A stretch of 64,000 bases of DNA from the NCBI GenBank assembly GCA_964016885.1, contig OZ024740.1, forward strand, positions 352,718,001-352,782,000. The letters are read 5' to 3'. Made by a program: the position numbers and the translations under genes. This document shows positions 27,301 through 40,499 of the stretch, piece by piece. The DNA is from Eledone cirrhosa. Lineage: Eukaryota. Positions within the stretch are counted from its first letter, which is position 1. Every line of letters starts with the position of its first letter. Under the pieces are notes generated by a model. The model was not told the origin of the DNA, did no database searches, and saw only the letters and a program-made list of their open reading frames with translations.

Positions 27301-29340
27301 TTTGCCCCAAGGCGACCCAACAGAAGGACCAGCTATACAAGTCAGCAGTAGTATAATAAGGCAATGAAGGATATTAAGAGAGGCAAGGTAGCTGGCCCTC
27401 AGCAATAGTTGCTGAGATGCTGAAAGCATCAGGAATGATAGGTCACACCATAGTCACCCACATTGTAAACCAGGTAATACGAAATGGTGCCATACCCAAT
27501 GACTGGCATAGCAGCATCATCGTCAACTGCTACAAGGGCAAAAAAGATGTTTTAGACAGAGAAAACTATAGAGGCATCAATTTGATTGACCAGTTTATGA
27601 AGGCCACAGAAAGAGTTATCGCACAGCTGATTAGGGGCCAAGTTAACCTAGATAAGATGCAGTTTGGATTTGTGCCTGGTAAAAGTACCATAGATGCCCT
27701 CTTTCTTGCTAGGCAACTGCAGGAGAAGTACCTAACTAAAGGTAAACTCTTCTACTTGGCTTTTGTGAACCGAGAGAAAGCTTTTGACAGAGTCCCCTGT
27801 GCCATTATCTGGTGGGCTCTTAGAAAACTAGGAGTAGACAAGTGGCTTGTGAAAGCAGTACAAGCCATGTATAAAGGAACAGTCAGCAAGGTCAGAATTA
27901 ACGATGATTATAGCGAAGAATTTAGCATGCAGATTGAGTCCATCAGGGCTCAGTTCTTAGCCCTCTCCTGTTTATTATCGTCCTGCAGGCTATAGCAGAA
28001 GAGTTTAAAACTGGCTGCCCACGGAAACTCCTGAATGCAGGTGATCTAACCCTTATAGCTGAATCTATGGCTGAATTAAAGAAAAACTTCCAAACCTGGA
28101 AGCATGGCTTAGAATCAAAAGGTCTTAAAGTTAACTTGTCAAAGACTGAAGAAAATAGAACCTTAGATTCCCCCTGGGAAATGGCTTTGCTCAGTGTGCA
28201 GGAAAGGAGTAGATAGAAATTCTATTCTATGTCCCAATTTCTATGGGTACATAAAAGATGTAGTGGGATCATATGTAGGCTATAAAAAAAAAATGTAGGT
28301 TTTATATGCGACTGATGCATAGGTGCAGAAAGTAACAAGTGCCCACACTAACTCCTTCAAATGGTCAGACAGTTCTATAGAAATAGTTGACACCTTCTGT
28401 TACCTGGGTGACGAAATCAGCAGTGGAGAAGGTTCCGAAAGTACAGTAGCCAGAGTAAGAACAGGATGGAGAAGGTTCAGGGAGCTACAACAGGTTTTTC
28501 CCTTAAAATTAAGGGCAGATTGTATGATGCATGTATACGAACAGCAATGTTACATAGTAGTGAGACCTGGGCACTGTGTGCAGAGGACCTGCGAAGATTG
28601 GTAAGAAATGAAGCATGTATGCTTTGATGGATGTGTAATAGTAATATACATGAACGGCAAAGCGTAAATGAGAGAGAATTTAGGGATAAGAGGGATCAGA
28701 TGCAGTGTGTTAGAGAGGAGATTGCATTGGTATCATCATGTGATGCGTATGAAGAATGGCAGCTGTATAAAAAGGTGCACAGCGATCAAAGTTGATGGAA
28801 GCTATGGAGTAGGAAGACCTGGGATGAGGTGATAAAAGCTGACCTTGCACAATTGCACCTCTCAAAGACACAGGATCGAAATCTTTGGTGTTATGCAGTA
28901 ATATAGAAGACCAGCCTTCCCATGCGCACGGACTCAGATACATCTAGTAGGCACCTCTTAACCACTATATCCCCTTGCATATACTTCCCACACCCCAACA
29001 CCCACCCACCGACATCTGTGCACACCACCCTTACACTGTAAAGTTAAGCTGGTATCACAACAAAAAAAGCTTCCAGCCCACACTGTAAAGTGGTTGTGTA
29101 GGTGTCATGACAAAATGCACCTAGCCCACACTGAAAAGTGGTTGTGTAGGTGTCAAGCCAAAAAGCACCTAGTACTAACTACTGTAAATGTGGTTGGCGT
29201 TAGGAAGGACATCCAGCTGTAGAAACCAAGCCAAAATCAGTTCTGTATGTGTAAGACATGGTCACCTGACCTGGCATTCATTGTTCACAACAGGAAAACT
29301 CATTTAACCCATGCTAGCATGGAAAAATGGATGTTAATCG
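27300..29340 (+). mobile_element. Best-preserved RTE-clade LINE (5'-truncated) with hairpin-array tail
   Basis: ORF 27417..27995 RT: DWHSSIIVNCYKGKKD...NYRGI.L...MQFGFVPGKSTIDA...EKAFDRVP; frameshifts afterwards; tail at 29030-29340. Confidence 0.93.
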
Positions 29341-29744
29341 GTGTTCATGATTACTCAGACCGGGTGATGTGTTGTTTCCTTGAGCAAGACACTTTATTTC
29401 ACATTGCTCCAGTTTACTCAGCTGTAGAAATGAGATGATAGGACTGGGGTCCCTATCATTCAACTGCAAAGTGGTCGTGGAGGTGCCACGGCAAAAAAGT
29501 ACCCAGCCTACACTGTAAAGTGGATGTGTAGGTGCCACGGAAAAAAAAGCACCTAGCACTCACTGTAAATGAGGTTGGTGTTAGGAAGGGCATCCAGCTG
29601 TAGAAATCAAGCCAGAACCAGTTCCCGTCCCACCCTTGCAAGCAGGGAAAAGAGGACGTAAAATGATGATGATATATATATATATATTATGAAATACTGT
29701 TGGCTTTACGCTCACAATAATTTCTATACTTTCATTTATATATA

Positions 29745-30400
29745 TATATGAAAAAATTAGAAATAAGAGGGATCAGATGTTGTTTACTCGAGAGAAGGCT
29801 ACGTTGGTATGGACACGTGATGCGCATGAAAGTCGATAGCTGTATAACAAAGTGCAGGGCAATAAAGATAGACGGTAGCCACGGAATAGGCAGACCTAGA
29901 AAAACCTGGGACGAGCTGATAAACTCCGACCTCACACACTTACACCTCTCCAAGACAATGTCACTGGACCGAGACCTTTGGCGGTACTCAGTGATAGAGA
30001 AGATCCGCCTTACCTAAATACATAGTAAAACCTACTACAGTCAGTAGGCATCTCTAACAAAATACACCCCGTCCCACCACCCCCACCCCATCCACACCGC
30101 CCCCTTCTATGTAAAGTTATGTTGGTGCCACACCATCCAGGCCGAAACAAATGAGATCGTGTAGGTGTCACGACAAAAAAACACACAGTCCACGCTGTAA
30201 TGTGGCCGTGTAGGCAACACGGTAAAAACCTCCCAGACCCACACTGTAAATGTGGTTGGTGTTAGGAAGGGCATCCAACTGTAGAAAACCTGCCAGACAG
30301 TCCTATGCGAGCAAGACAATCACTCTTGCCTCAAGTGGGAAAACCCCCGTCCAAACCCATGCAAGCGTGGAACACGGACGTTAAACGTTGATGATGATGA

Positions 30401-30405
<5 letters not shown>
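29745..30405 (+). mobile_element. RTE LINE 3' end with tail
   Basis: ERRLRWYGHVMRM...GRPRKTW..., followed by hairpin units and (ATG)n. Confidence 0.9.
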
Positions 30406-30445
<40 letters not shown>

Positions 30446-30659
30446 AAATAACAGATTAAAGTTTAAGCAATATTTTAATAAATATTTGCTCTACAGTTCT
30501 TATATATTTGATATATATTTATCCTTATCGAGCCCTCTTTGGATTTTAGTCTTCAAATTTATTATTATTACTATATATATATATAGTTGTTGGGGAGGGT
30601 GTTCATACTGCCATGGGAGGAGAAGCATTGGTTCATGTGGTGGCTTTGAAGAGAGTGAC

Positions 30660-31590
30660 TCTCATACCTTGCTTTCCATGCTAGCATGGGTTTGACAAAG
30701 AAGGGAATCATGTATGTTGGTGGGAATAGGGGGCACATCTTTCTTCCATGGTATGGGTTGTACAGGGATGTAGTAGGTGGAGGGAAGCACATCTTTTTTG
30801 TTTCTGTGGTGGCACGGGTTAGAGTAGGGAAGTAGGTGGGGGTGAACAATTTGAATAGGGAATAAGTTTAGGAAGGTGGTCAGGAGGGTTGGGTCTGTTT
30901 GCCTTTCTCTTTGCTTGTATTTCACCCCATTGATGTAGGAAGGTGAGTTTTCTTAATGACCTGATCCCGCCGTGTTGTTTACTCCAGCTTCGAGATTTCT
31001 TGAGTTTACCTCTTCGACAGTTTCCATCAACATTTTATGCAGCTGTCATATTTCATATGCATCACATATCCATACCAGCACAGTCTTCTTTCTTGTACAC
31101 TACCCTTTGTGCTCAGCTTTTCTTTTAGTGCACTGATACTTCATCTTTCATGTACATTACACATTCATCAGAGCATACTTGCTTTGTTTTTTTCCAATCC
31201 TCTGCAGTCAGGGCCCAAGTCTCATTTTCATGCAGCATTTTAGATATCATACAGGCATTATACAATCTGCTTTTCAGTCTGAGAGAGAAGCTCTTTTTGT
31301 AGCCAGCAGAGGTAGTAGATCCTTGAACTTTTTCCTCCCAGTTCTCACTCTAGTTACTATACTTTTGAAACGCTTTCCACCACTGCTTAAGTCACCTAGT
31401 TTGTGGAAGCTGTCAACCACTTCTAAGGAGCTGTCAGAGCTTTTGATAGCATTCATTTTGTGTGGGCTCTTGCTACTTACTGCTCCTGTGCACCTGCTAC
31501 ATACATAGCCTACATTCTGTGGTAACCTGCCTGAGATCCAACTACAACTCTTGTGTACTCATAGTTTACATATTGTACACTGTATAGAAT
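30660..31590 (-). mobile_element. RTE LINE C-terminal fragment
   Basis: LEVVDSFHKLGDLSSGG...RVRTGRKKFKDLLPLL. Confidence 0.85.
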
Positions 31591-31619
31591 AATAAAAGTA
31601 GGGGTTGAACAATTACATA

Positions 31620-32612
31620 ATTTTTTGACAGTTTCCTTTCTTTCTACATTCCACAAGCTTGCTTATTCCATCGGAGAAGGTTTTCAACCAGTTGTGCAGC
31701 CATTTATGTACTGCTTCCTGCACTTCTTTGTTTGTAGCAAAAAAAAGACCTCGTAAAGATGTTTAAGCATCCAGAAAGGTGATAGGCAGAAGGGGCGAGA
31801 TTTGGATAGTATGCAGGGTGTTCCAGCAACTCAAAACCCAATTTTTCAATGGTGTAGGTCGCTGTATATGGTTATGCAATAGACCTCAGCATTTGGTGCA
31901 AATTGCTGGTTTTAGTTGGCCAGCACTTCACTATACCCTACACTGATGACTGAGGATGCCTTTAGGCCCTTTTGCGTCCCTCAAAGCAGTCAGCATCACT
32001 TTTTCTGTGGAAGGTTGAGTCTTGAAGTGACACAGGTCTCATCTTTTGTGACTATTCTCTCCAAAAAAGCTTTGCATTGTTGTAGCAGTCGAGTAAGCGT
32101 TGACAGATCTCTATACGATTGCACTTTTTCACTTTGGTATGGTCTCTTGGGACCCATCTTGCACAGATTTTATGGAAGCAAAGCTTGTTGATGATTTCAA
32201 ATGCAGAACCATGATTAATTTGCAGAGAACATGCCACCTTATCGATGGTCACTCATTGGTTTGCCCGATCCATCTCTCAAACTTTTTGAATCTCCATGTC
32301 AGTGGTGGAGGTTGATGGGCATCCTGCTCCCACTTTGTGCTTCATGCTTGTCTGGCCAATTTTAAACTTTTCGATCCATTCATACACACTTCTACGCAGT
32401 AGAGCACTGATCTGTTCTTCCTTGGTGCATACTGCCAGCAGAGTAGTCATGTTTACCCTTTAACACAAGAAAGAAAATGAGTGATCAAGGTGAAACCTCT
32501 GTTATATAACCACAAGAGTACCAGCTTTTAGCATGCGAGCATTGAAGGCAGTGCGGTCTACCTAAAGAAAGTTTTTGCAAAAGTGCAGATAATCTTTGAC
32601 TTCCCCTTGAAT
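31620..32612 (-). mobile_element. Degenerate mariner transposon
   Basis: HKICARWVPR (mariner WVP motif) and LEHPAYYPNLAPSAYHL (YSPDLAP-like); stops and deletions. Confidence 0.88.
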
Positions 32613-32617
32613 ATATA

Positions 32618-32659
<42 letters not shown>

Positions 32660-32867
32660 CATAGTATTAGTTATACTATTTATGGTTATGTAAACACAAA
32701 ACCTTAAGCAGTTGTAAGTATTTTACACACACCCTAAATAGTGGTAGGCAGTAATGTATTACTACCTTATTACCAGTAAGTTAAGTAGCTCAATGTAAAA
32801 ACATCAGATGATTTACAGAGCAGTTATATGAAATATAGGAATCAAAGAACTGTTCAAAACATTATTG

Positions 32868-32915
32868 TGCTTACAGCTGTTTCCTCCAAACCGAGGTTTG
32901 GATTCTTCGGAGCAA
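32868..32915 (-). ncRNA. Mirror-image candidate hammerhead ribozyme
   Basis: Same motif on the minus strand, with stem II loop CUCG; predicted cut after 32872. Confidence 0.65.
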
Positions 32916-33020
32916 TTTATTAATGCATGGACAGTTATATGACCTCCTTTTCAGCCGAGAGACATACCAACACATATTCAAACATTGATACATATTCAAA
33001 CATTGTGGGTCATTAATAAA

Positions 33021-33068
33021 TTGCTCCGAAGAATCCAAACCTAGGTTTGGAGGAAACAGCTGTAAGCA
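33021..33068 (+). ncRNA. Candidate minimal type I hammerhead ribozyme (variant core)
   Basis: UGCU-CCGAAGA-a-UCCAAAC(CUAG)GUUUGGA-g-GAAA-C(AGCU)G-UA^-AGCA; predicted cut after 33064. Confidence 0.68.
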
Positions 33069-33299
33069 CAATAATGTTTTGAACAGTCCTTTGATTCCTA
33101 TATTTCATATATATACATATATGTATATATATTTCCAGGTCTGGGGAAAAGTACCAAATTAGTGACTGGCATGAATAAGACCACCGAAACACTGCTATAT
33201 GGCCAGAAATCATAAAGGCATACATACTGCATTATTCTTTGCTTGGAATAACAAGGGACATGGTCAGGTCTTAGGTAGAGGGACTTGAAAAATATATTG

Positions 33300-34010
33300 C
33301 AGTCTACACCCAACGCTGCACGAACTAGCGATAGGCCCGCAATATGTCCTTGGAGGTGTGAAATGGACACACAAAAGTTATGTATCTTGTAAAAAGGTCC
33401 AGAAAGGGGCAAGGAGATTTGCTTTATGAAGCTGAGGCCGAAAGAAAGGTCTCTGTGGGTGGTGCAAATTTATGCGCCAAACAGTCTGAATACAGATCTT
33501 TCCTTGATGAAATCACTGCAGCATTAGATATAGTTTCCACATGTTGGTACTGACTACTTGATATGGAAGGGAGTGATTGGATGAAACAATGATCCTGATC
33601 TAACTATGAATAGTGAGGCTTTATTAGACTTCTGTTCAAATAGTGGGTTCTCTATTATGAACACCTTCCAGCATAAAGATATCCATAAATACACATGGTA
33701 TAAGGAGAGGGAATCGGGCATCCAGATCAATAATTGATTTTGTTATTGTTTCTGATCTCTTCGATTCTGTGTTAGATGTTCATGTTAAGAAATTAAGAGA
33801 GAGAGTGAGCTGTCAACTGATCGCCAACTACTTATCTGCAATCTGAGACTTCCTAATGCCAAGAAAGCCCACAAAACTGACGGGTCCAGCTTGACCTACA
33901 GGATAAATACGCTTAGATAAGGAAGTCAGGACCAGGTATGTGGATACTATTGCATCCAAATTCAGAGAACTCCCTGAACAAAATGAGTATGTTGAAATTG
34001 AGTGGAGATT
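33300..34010 (+). mobile_element. LINE apurinic-type endonuclease fragment (RTE-like)
   Basis: Frames give VVQIYAPNS, LLDFCSNSGFSIMNTFQHKDIHKYTWY, IDFVIVSD and ELSTDRQL. Confidence 0.8.
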
Positions 34011-34689
34011 TAGTGAACCCGTCTGTCGCACTGATCACATTATTGAATTGACTGCCTCCATATCAATTCTTTGTTTATATTTTGCTGTAACCTTGTAGGG
34101 ATTACTAAATCTTTTATGTTAATTTCACCTGACAACATTGCTGATTGTCTTGTGTCATGATCTGATGACGTAAGTCGGCCATAGAAATATGTATATCTAT
34201 GTAATATTAAAGGAATATATTGGAATCTGGCATTCTTTTTCATTGAAGTATTTAACTCTGTTCCTGCATCAGCCACGAGTTACCACATGCTGATGAAGTA
34301 TTTCTTAGAGCTGTATTGTAATAAGAAATTCCAGTTGCGGAAACAAAACCTAGAATTAAAGTAAATCTAGAATCAGAGTAAACTTAGCAAAACCAAAGTT
34401 TTAGAAAGTAGTAAAGAAAACAAGACTGATATTCCTTTACTGCATATCGAACATGGCCACTTCCTTGATGGTCTTGTCTTCTTTTCTGTTTCTAAAAATT
34501 TTGGTCTTTGCTGGGTTTACCCTGTAATTTCAATAAACCCTGTTCATGGTTCAATGATTCCATTTAAAGAAGTAATTGTTTAGGCAATCTGTTAATCTCA
34601 TTATATTTGTCATTTAAATAAGTGGCAAGCATTTTACTTTGTCGTTTCAATTGACTATTCCTTTCTTACAAATATGTGTCCATATGCCA

Positions 34690-34876
34690 ATTGGCAGTAT
34701 CGGTAGAGGGTCGGACACCATGCTTTGAAGCATATAGTTATGTCCCTTTATGATCCGAGTTCAAATCCCGCCGAGGTTAACTTTGCCTTTCATCCTTATG
34801 GGGTCGATAAAATAAAGTACCAGTAATGTACTGGGTAATTGCTGGCCTTGTGCCAAAAAATAGAAACAATTATTAT
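34690..34876 (+). mobile_element. Young tRNA-derived SINE (Meta-domain-like core)
   Basis: GGCAGTATCGGTAGAG...GAGTTCAAATCCC...GCCTTTCATCCTTACGGGGTCGATAAAATAAAGTACCAG...(ATT)n; partial copies at about 6100-6200, 23678-23778, 35945-36110 and 41050-41150. Confidence 0.9.
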
Positions 34877-37479
34877 TGTGAGTGATGCAACATTGTTCAC
34901 TCATTTGTGCTACTTCTCAGATGGTATAAATAAAATCTATGCTCATCATTTCATTTGCAGCTAGGTTTCCTATAATAAAAAACACAAAAAAAAACAAAAA
35001 AAATGTTTTTTCAGATTCACACTTTTTCCAGAATATGAAGAAACCATTACAAATGAGGGGTGTAAATTTTCTCAAAGCTACAAGCATCAAACTTTACTAT
35101 TGATATTGTATTTTTCATGGTAATGTTGAGATAGCTATATCAAATGGTGCTGTAGTTCTAAACTACCAACTCCCTTCTACAACACTACAAGTTACTATGA
35201 CAGCTTACTGATCACAGATTAGATCATACTGGCTTGTAATTCTATCTATTCTATACCCCCCTCCCTCCAACTTTATCTGGGTTGTTTTTTTTTTGTTTTA
35301 TTCTAGTAAGAGAGTGACATTTAACAATTTTTGTTTTGGTGTTCACCTTCTGCTACCATTGAGACAGTCAGTGAAGTTGATCAAACTGATGACTACAGAT
35401 TGTTAGGTGGAACACCTCTCACTCTAACTCTCTCTCTGCCCTCTCTCTCCCACATGCACACTAATTGCAGGACTCAATTAACTGCTTTATAGTATATAAT
35501 TTTTTTTTTGTTTTGTTCCTTGTGTTTTAAATTTTTAGTCATGACATTACAGTGTACTGCTGGGTCCCAAATAATATGGGGTGGTGGTGGAATAAGCAGG
35601 GAGAGGGATCAGTAATTATTTAGTGTGCGTTCATAAATTACTGGAAAATCTTAAGAACATCCAAATACTGAGGAAAATCAACAGATATTGATTTAAGCAA
35701 CACGTTTTAAATAGAAAGAAAAGTAAAACAATGAAAAGAGTATAATTAGCATTTTGTGAACTTGCTATATTTATTATGTTATGTTTTATTATGCTATATA
35801 TTAAAAGTTAATAAGTGTGTGTGTGGAGAGGTGGAATAAGAGCGGGGGTGTGTGTGGAAACATCTGAAAAAGCAATAAGGGGCGAGTGGTGATTATTCTA
35901 GACTTGAGAGTAGTTTAAAATTGTGTATGTGTGTGTGTAAATTGGTCAAGCCACTTGACTCAATCAGTATATTACTGGTACTTCTATCAACTCTGAAGGT
36001 ATGAAAGACAAAGTTGACTCCCACCAACACAATGGATTTGCATAATTGAAATTGGGAGTGTGAAACACTGGATAAGACACTGTAAAGTCTTCTAGTCCAG
36101 CACTCTACCATTAAAATTGATTTTACAGACATGAATTCCTATTTCTTACCCTTTATTGTTGAAGGGGAGAAACATGAAATTGTGATGTTCACCATGTTGT
36201 CAATTCACAGGCATTAGACACATAACTAATTCAGCAAATTTAATCCTTCTGATACCAAACTACCCCTAGTTCTGTTATACAAAGCTGTTATTTTAAAGTA
36301 TTTTTATTCATCTAAAAACCTTCCATCATAATTGTATCAAAGAACCTTTGTTAAGCTATACCCCAAACACCAGCTTAATGAGAAAGTTAATTATTTTACT
36401 AAATCCCTCCAAATTCTTGATTATTCCAAAAGTTATTTGAAAATCATAGGTAACGAAAGTGTTAACTGAGTATCAAAATCATTAGCAAGGGAATAAGGGC
36501 AGCACCACCAAGTTAAGCCAACAGGATTGATAAAGCAATTACCCATATGTAATGATAAACCTCCGCAAAAAAAAAAAATCAAAATATTTCAAGCAAATCC
36601 TTCTGAACCATTGGTATTGGTTGCTATATAAACAAGTTGATCTCTAGCTCGGCACAGACAGGAGCATCTTGCCTTTCAAGGAATAGCTATAACTTCATTG
36701 TCTAATGTAATCTTCCTTTTTCAAGATGGTAAGGTGTGATTTGTGACAAACATAGAGGCTTCCTTGCTGGTTTGTTTAAACCAGCCTTTAATGGCTGTAT
36801 AGTGTTAGAAAAGTCACCATGCGAGGCTTAAAAACTCTGTCAGTATTTTCTTCCATGTATCTGTGTTTGAATATGAATTCTGTCTGGTTCAGCTTTGTTT
36901 TTCCATTCTTCCAGGGTCATTAGAATGCATTGATGGTCAATTTAATAGGCTATATGTTGCCCTGTCTACAAGTTTTGACTACATGGCCATTCTGAGGAAA
37001 CATTGTTTTTTGATGTCTATGACATATGCTGTAAAGTAAGAGTTAAGCTTCTATTAAGTTAATGTCATAACTTGGTTTCTTTCTAGTCAACTTTTTACAT
37101 CATTAATGTTCTAGAGAAAAGCATGGATGCTAGTCAGTGTGATTTATATTCCTTTATGAAGCAGGTGTTATAGTAATAAAAAAATAATGCTTTGTATGTG
37201 TTATTTATCTTCATGTCAGCCCATGTCAAATATATTTATGATCAAACGTGTTCCAGTCATGACTACCTCCTCTTTAATTCATGTGCATATTTGATGTATG
37301 TAAGGTTGATGGTGCAAGTATAATTTCTTGGTGAGCCAGATCCACTACTTGGTTTTTATACTCATTTAAAATCACTAATGCCTGTGAATTAAGGAGAGTC
37401 ATGATCAATGTTACCACATTCTGTTTCCCTTCATCAGTAAAGTGGATTAAAAAGAATTCCTGTTGACGAGAGCACTAGA

Positions 37480-37880
37480 ATCCTTCAGTTTCATTCAGCA
37501 CATTATACTCTGAAGTTCAGCAACTTATATCTGCAATGTATTTCTTAAGTAATGACAAAAAACTTCTTCATATAAACATAATTTATGTCAGATCTAAACT
37601 AGAATATGCTACTGAAATTTGGAACCCATCTGATATTCAAAATATAAATAGACTAGAACAAGTTCAGAGACATTTTATCCAACAAATAATTGGAATATAA
37701 ATCTCATATGCAGAATGTATAATTTGAATTCAAGTTGCAATTTGTTGAACAGAAGTGAATCATCAGAGAGTTGTTCAGTACTGGACAATTTGATGTCACT
37801 TTCCTCTTCTACACATCCAACCAACATTAGGTTAGTGGAAGCAAATCCAATCTGCTTTTCATTTCTTCAGAGTTGTTAAA
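37480..37880 (+). mobile_element. CR1-like LINE RT C-terminal fragment
   Basis: YVRSKLEYATEIWNPSDIQNINRLEQVQRHFIQQIIG. Confidence 0.78.
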
Positions 37881-38339
37881 AGTACCAGTAATATACTGAT
37901 TTGAAGTACTTGGTTTATTCCAACAATTACATGCATGTGCACACACACACTTGAAACATACACCTTTATATCATGGCTGAAAAATTGAAATGCTGAATTT
38001 ATAATGACTATATTTTACTCTATTTAGTTTTGTCATTTTAGGTTCAAATCCTACTGGAGTTGAGTTTATTATTTTACGCTCCCCATATTAATAAGTTATA
38101 TGGTATTATATGTACCTTTTTTCAATATACCCCAGTCAATTAATTTGACTACATTTGTTCCCAACTCTTTACCAAGTTGAAAGAAATCATTAGATATTTT
38201 AATGACCCCCCGCCATCTTTCTGTTAACTATGTAGTCACATATCTTTACATCCATCCTCACTGTATCTGGAACTGTGTGCCATACATACATACATGCATG
38301 CATGCATGAAGTGATGATGATGTTAATTTCTGACAAAAT

Positions 38340-38525
38340 TAATAATTGTTTCTACTTTTGGCACAAGGCCAGCAATTACCCAGTACATTACTGGTACTTT
38401 ATTTTATCGACCCCGTAAGGATGAAAGGCAAAGTTAACCTCGGCGGGATTTGAACTCAGACCGTAAAGGAACGTAACTATGCTGGAAAGCATGGCATCCG
38501 ACTCTCTACCGATACTGCCAATCCT
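38340..38525 (-). mobile_element. Young tRNA-derived SINE
   Basis: Reverse complement of the 34690 family. Confidence 0.9.
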
Positions 38526-39467
38526 CCAATGATAATAAATAACACCTTACTATTGACTATTTTCTTTTGATCTCATCTTATACAACTTCCCATCCCTGTA
38601 GTACTGTGGCAAAACCATGAAGAGACATTTTCTGCTTTCTTCTATACTTCATTGATTACTATTCTGCTATCTTTGCACTTCATCTCAATGCTATACAAAC
38701 AGAACATCTTTGGATCTTTATATCATGCGTTATATGATTCTTAAAGGTTCTTATCTTCTAAAAGCTTTCTTTCACAGGATCACTATATATTATAATCCCC
38801 CTCTCCCCAAAAGTATGACTCTTATTTTTTTATACCAATTTGCCCCAAACTACTCCAATTCTATGATGACAGACCTCTAGTTTGAAAGTATTCCTATTTA
38901 AATAAAAAAATGTTATAGTAGAATATCTTTAAGCTATGTATTAAAATCCAGCTTAATAATATGGTTAGTTATTTTACATATTGTTAATTATTTACAAAAT
39001 TAATTGAGAAACATGGTGTATTTTATTAGAAATATGGTAATGAAAGGGTTAATCAGTGGCTTAAATTAGAAGCAAAGTATAAAAAAATGAAGTATGAAAA
39101 GATTTGACTATCAGCAGATTTTGACTATCAAGAGTCACTTTTTGATTTGTTTTGTTTTACATTTCAATGTTTCTTGTTTTCAGTTTTGCTGCATGTATGA
39201 CCTTTTCAAAGAGAATGTGAATATCTTAGTTTTCAATTCCAATTTGTCAATAGACCCAACAATATAGATTGTTTTCGTTAATTTGTGAAACATTTGACAC
39301 CTTTCACTTAGAATATTTTCTTTCTAATCTGGTATTTAAAAAAAGACAAAAGAATTCCTAGTTTTGCCATATATAGCCACAGCTACAGTACTTTAAGGGA
39401 ATTGATAGATGTAGAACTAATACAAATACAAAAACCCAGTCTTTAGCAACATGACAATTAGTGCTAA

Positions 39468-39648
39468 TAATTATTTCTACTTTTGGCACAAAACCAGCAA
39501 TTACCCAGTACATTACTGGTACTTTATTTTATCGACCCCGTAAGGATGAAAGGCAAAGTTGACCTCGGCGGGGTTTGAACTCAGAATGGAAAGAGCTGTA
39601 ACTCTATGCGTCAAAGCATGGTGTCCGACTCTCTACCGATACTGCCAA
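39468..39648 (-). mobile_element. Young tRNA-derived SINE
   Basis: Reverse complement of the 34690 family. Confidence 0.9.
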
Positions 39649-40499
39649 ATAATGATATAAATTTAGATTTATCACATGAAAGGAATGCATCATTTTACAT
39701 TCACTTTTGATGGCATGGATTTGATAGATTGATATGGTCTGAGTCAGTTCTCATTTGGGAGTGCTATGTGACTTATATTATATTCCTGGTGATAATATCT
39801 GTTGCCCCCCTCCTCCACACATGTATTACAGGCTGCCTTTAACACAATTTGGCCTTAAATGATAAAAATAGATATGTCATCTGCCAAAATATAAAGACAT
39901 TGTGAGAGGTGCCAATCACCTCAATCTACCAAGAACTTTGGCTATAACACTGTGTCATAGCAAAACTAATCTCCTGTATTTAATAGGGTGGTTGGTCTTG
40001 GGAGTTTTAACTAGGAAAAGTAGACACAAAATCATTTGAGTCTAGCAGTCTGTGCTCATTACCTGACCTATTTAGTAATATTTTCATTCTGGCATGTAGA
40101 AACTTCATGGCTGATGTTTGACACAAAATCTACTTGCTAGACTTATCTATAATATTTCTTACATTGTATGAAATACTAAAATCAACCACTATACAATTTC
40201 AAACCAGTCATAGTAACTCAAAGTTAAACCCTGCAGATTTTCTAAACTGATTCTACATCATCTCCACCACCTCTTATGACTTCTCTACTATGGTGTAGTT
40301 GAAGGAAAAATAAGTAGAGGGCTGGACAAAATGACTTATATTGAGTTACATGTTTTTACATTTTGAATTCAAATTGAACTGGAGTTAAATTTGCATTTTA
40401 TTTGCTATAATAGATATCAATAATGAAATGTAGTTCATAGACTATAGTCTTTCCTTCAAATATCTGGCTTTGTGCAGTAATTTGAAAACATTATTATTA

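Larger units (their letters stand above)
32825..33111. repeat. Foldback element: 101-bp inverted arms (2 mismatches) around an 85-bp spacer
   Basis: 32825-32925 is the reverse complement of 33011-33111; the spacer has acatattcaaacattg twice. Confidence 0.95.

Noticed and set aside
34160-34345. Two CTGATGA motifs with downstream GAAA
   Set aside because: Stem II does not abut GAAA and stems I and III cannot be completed.
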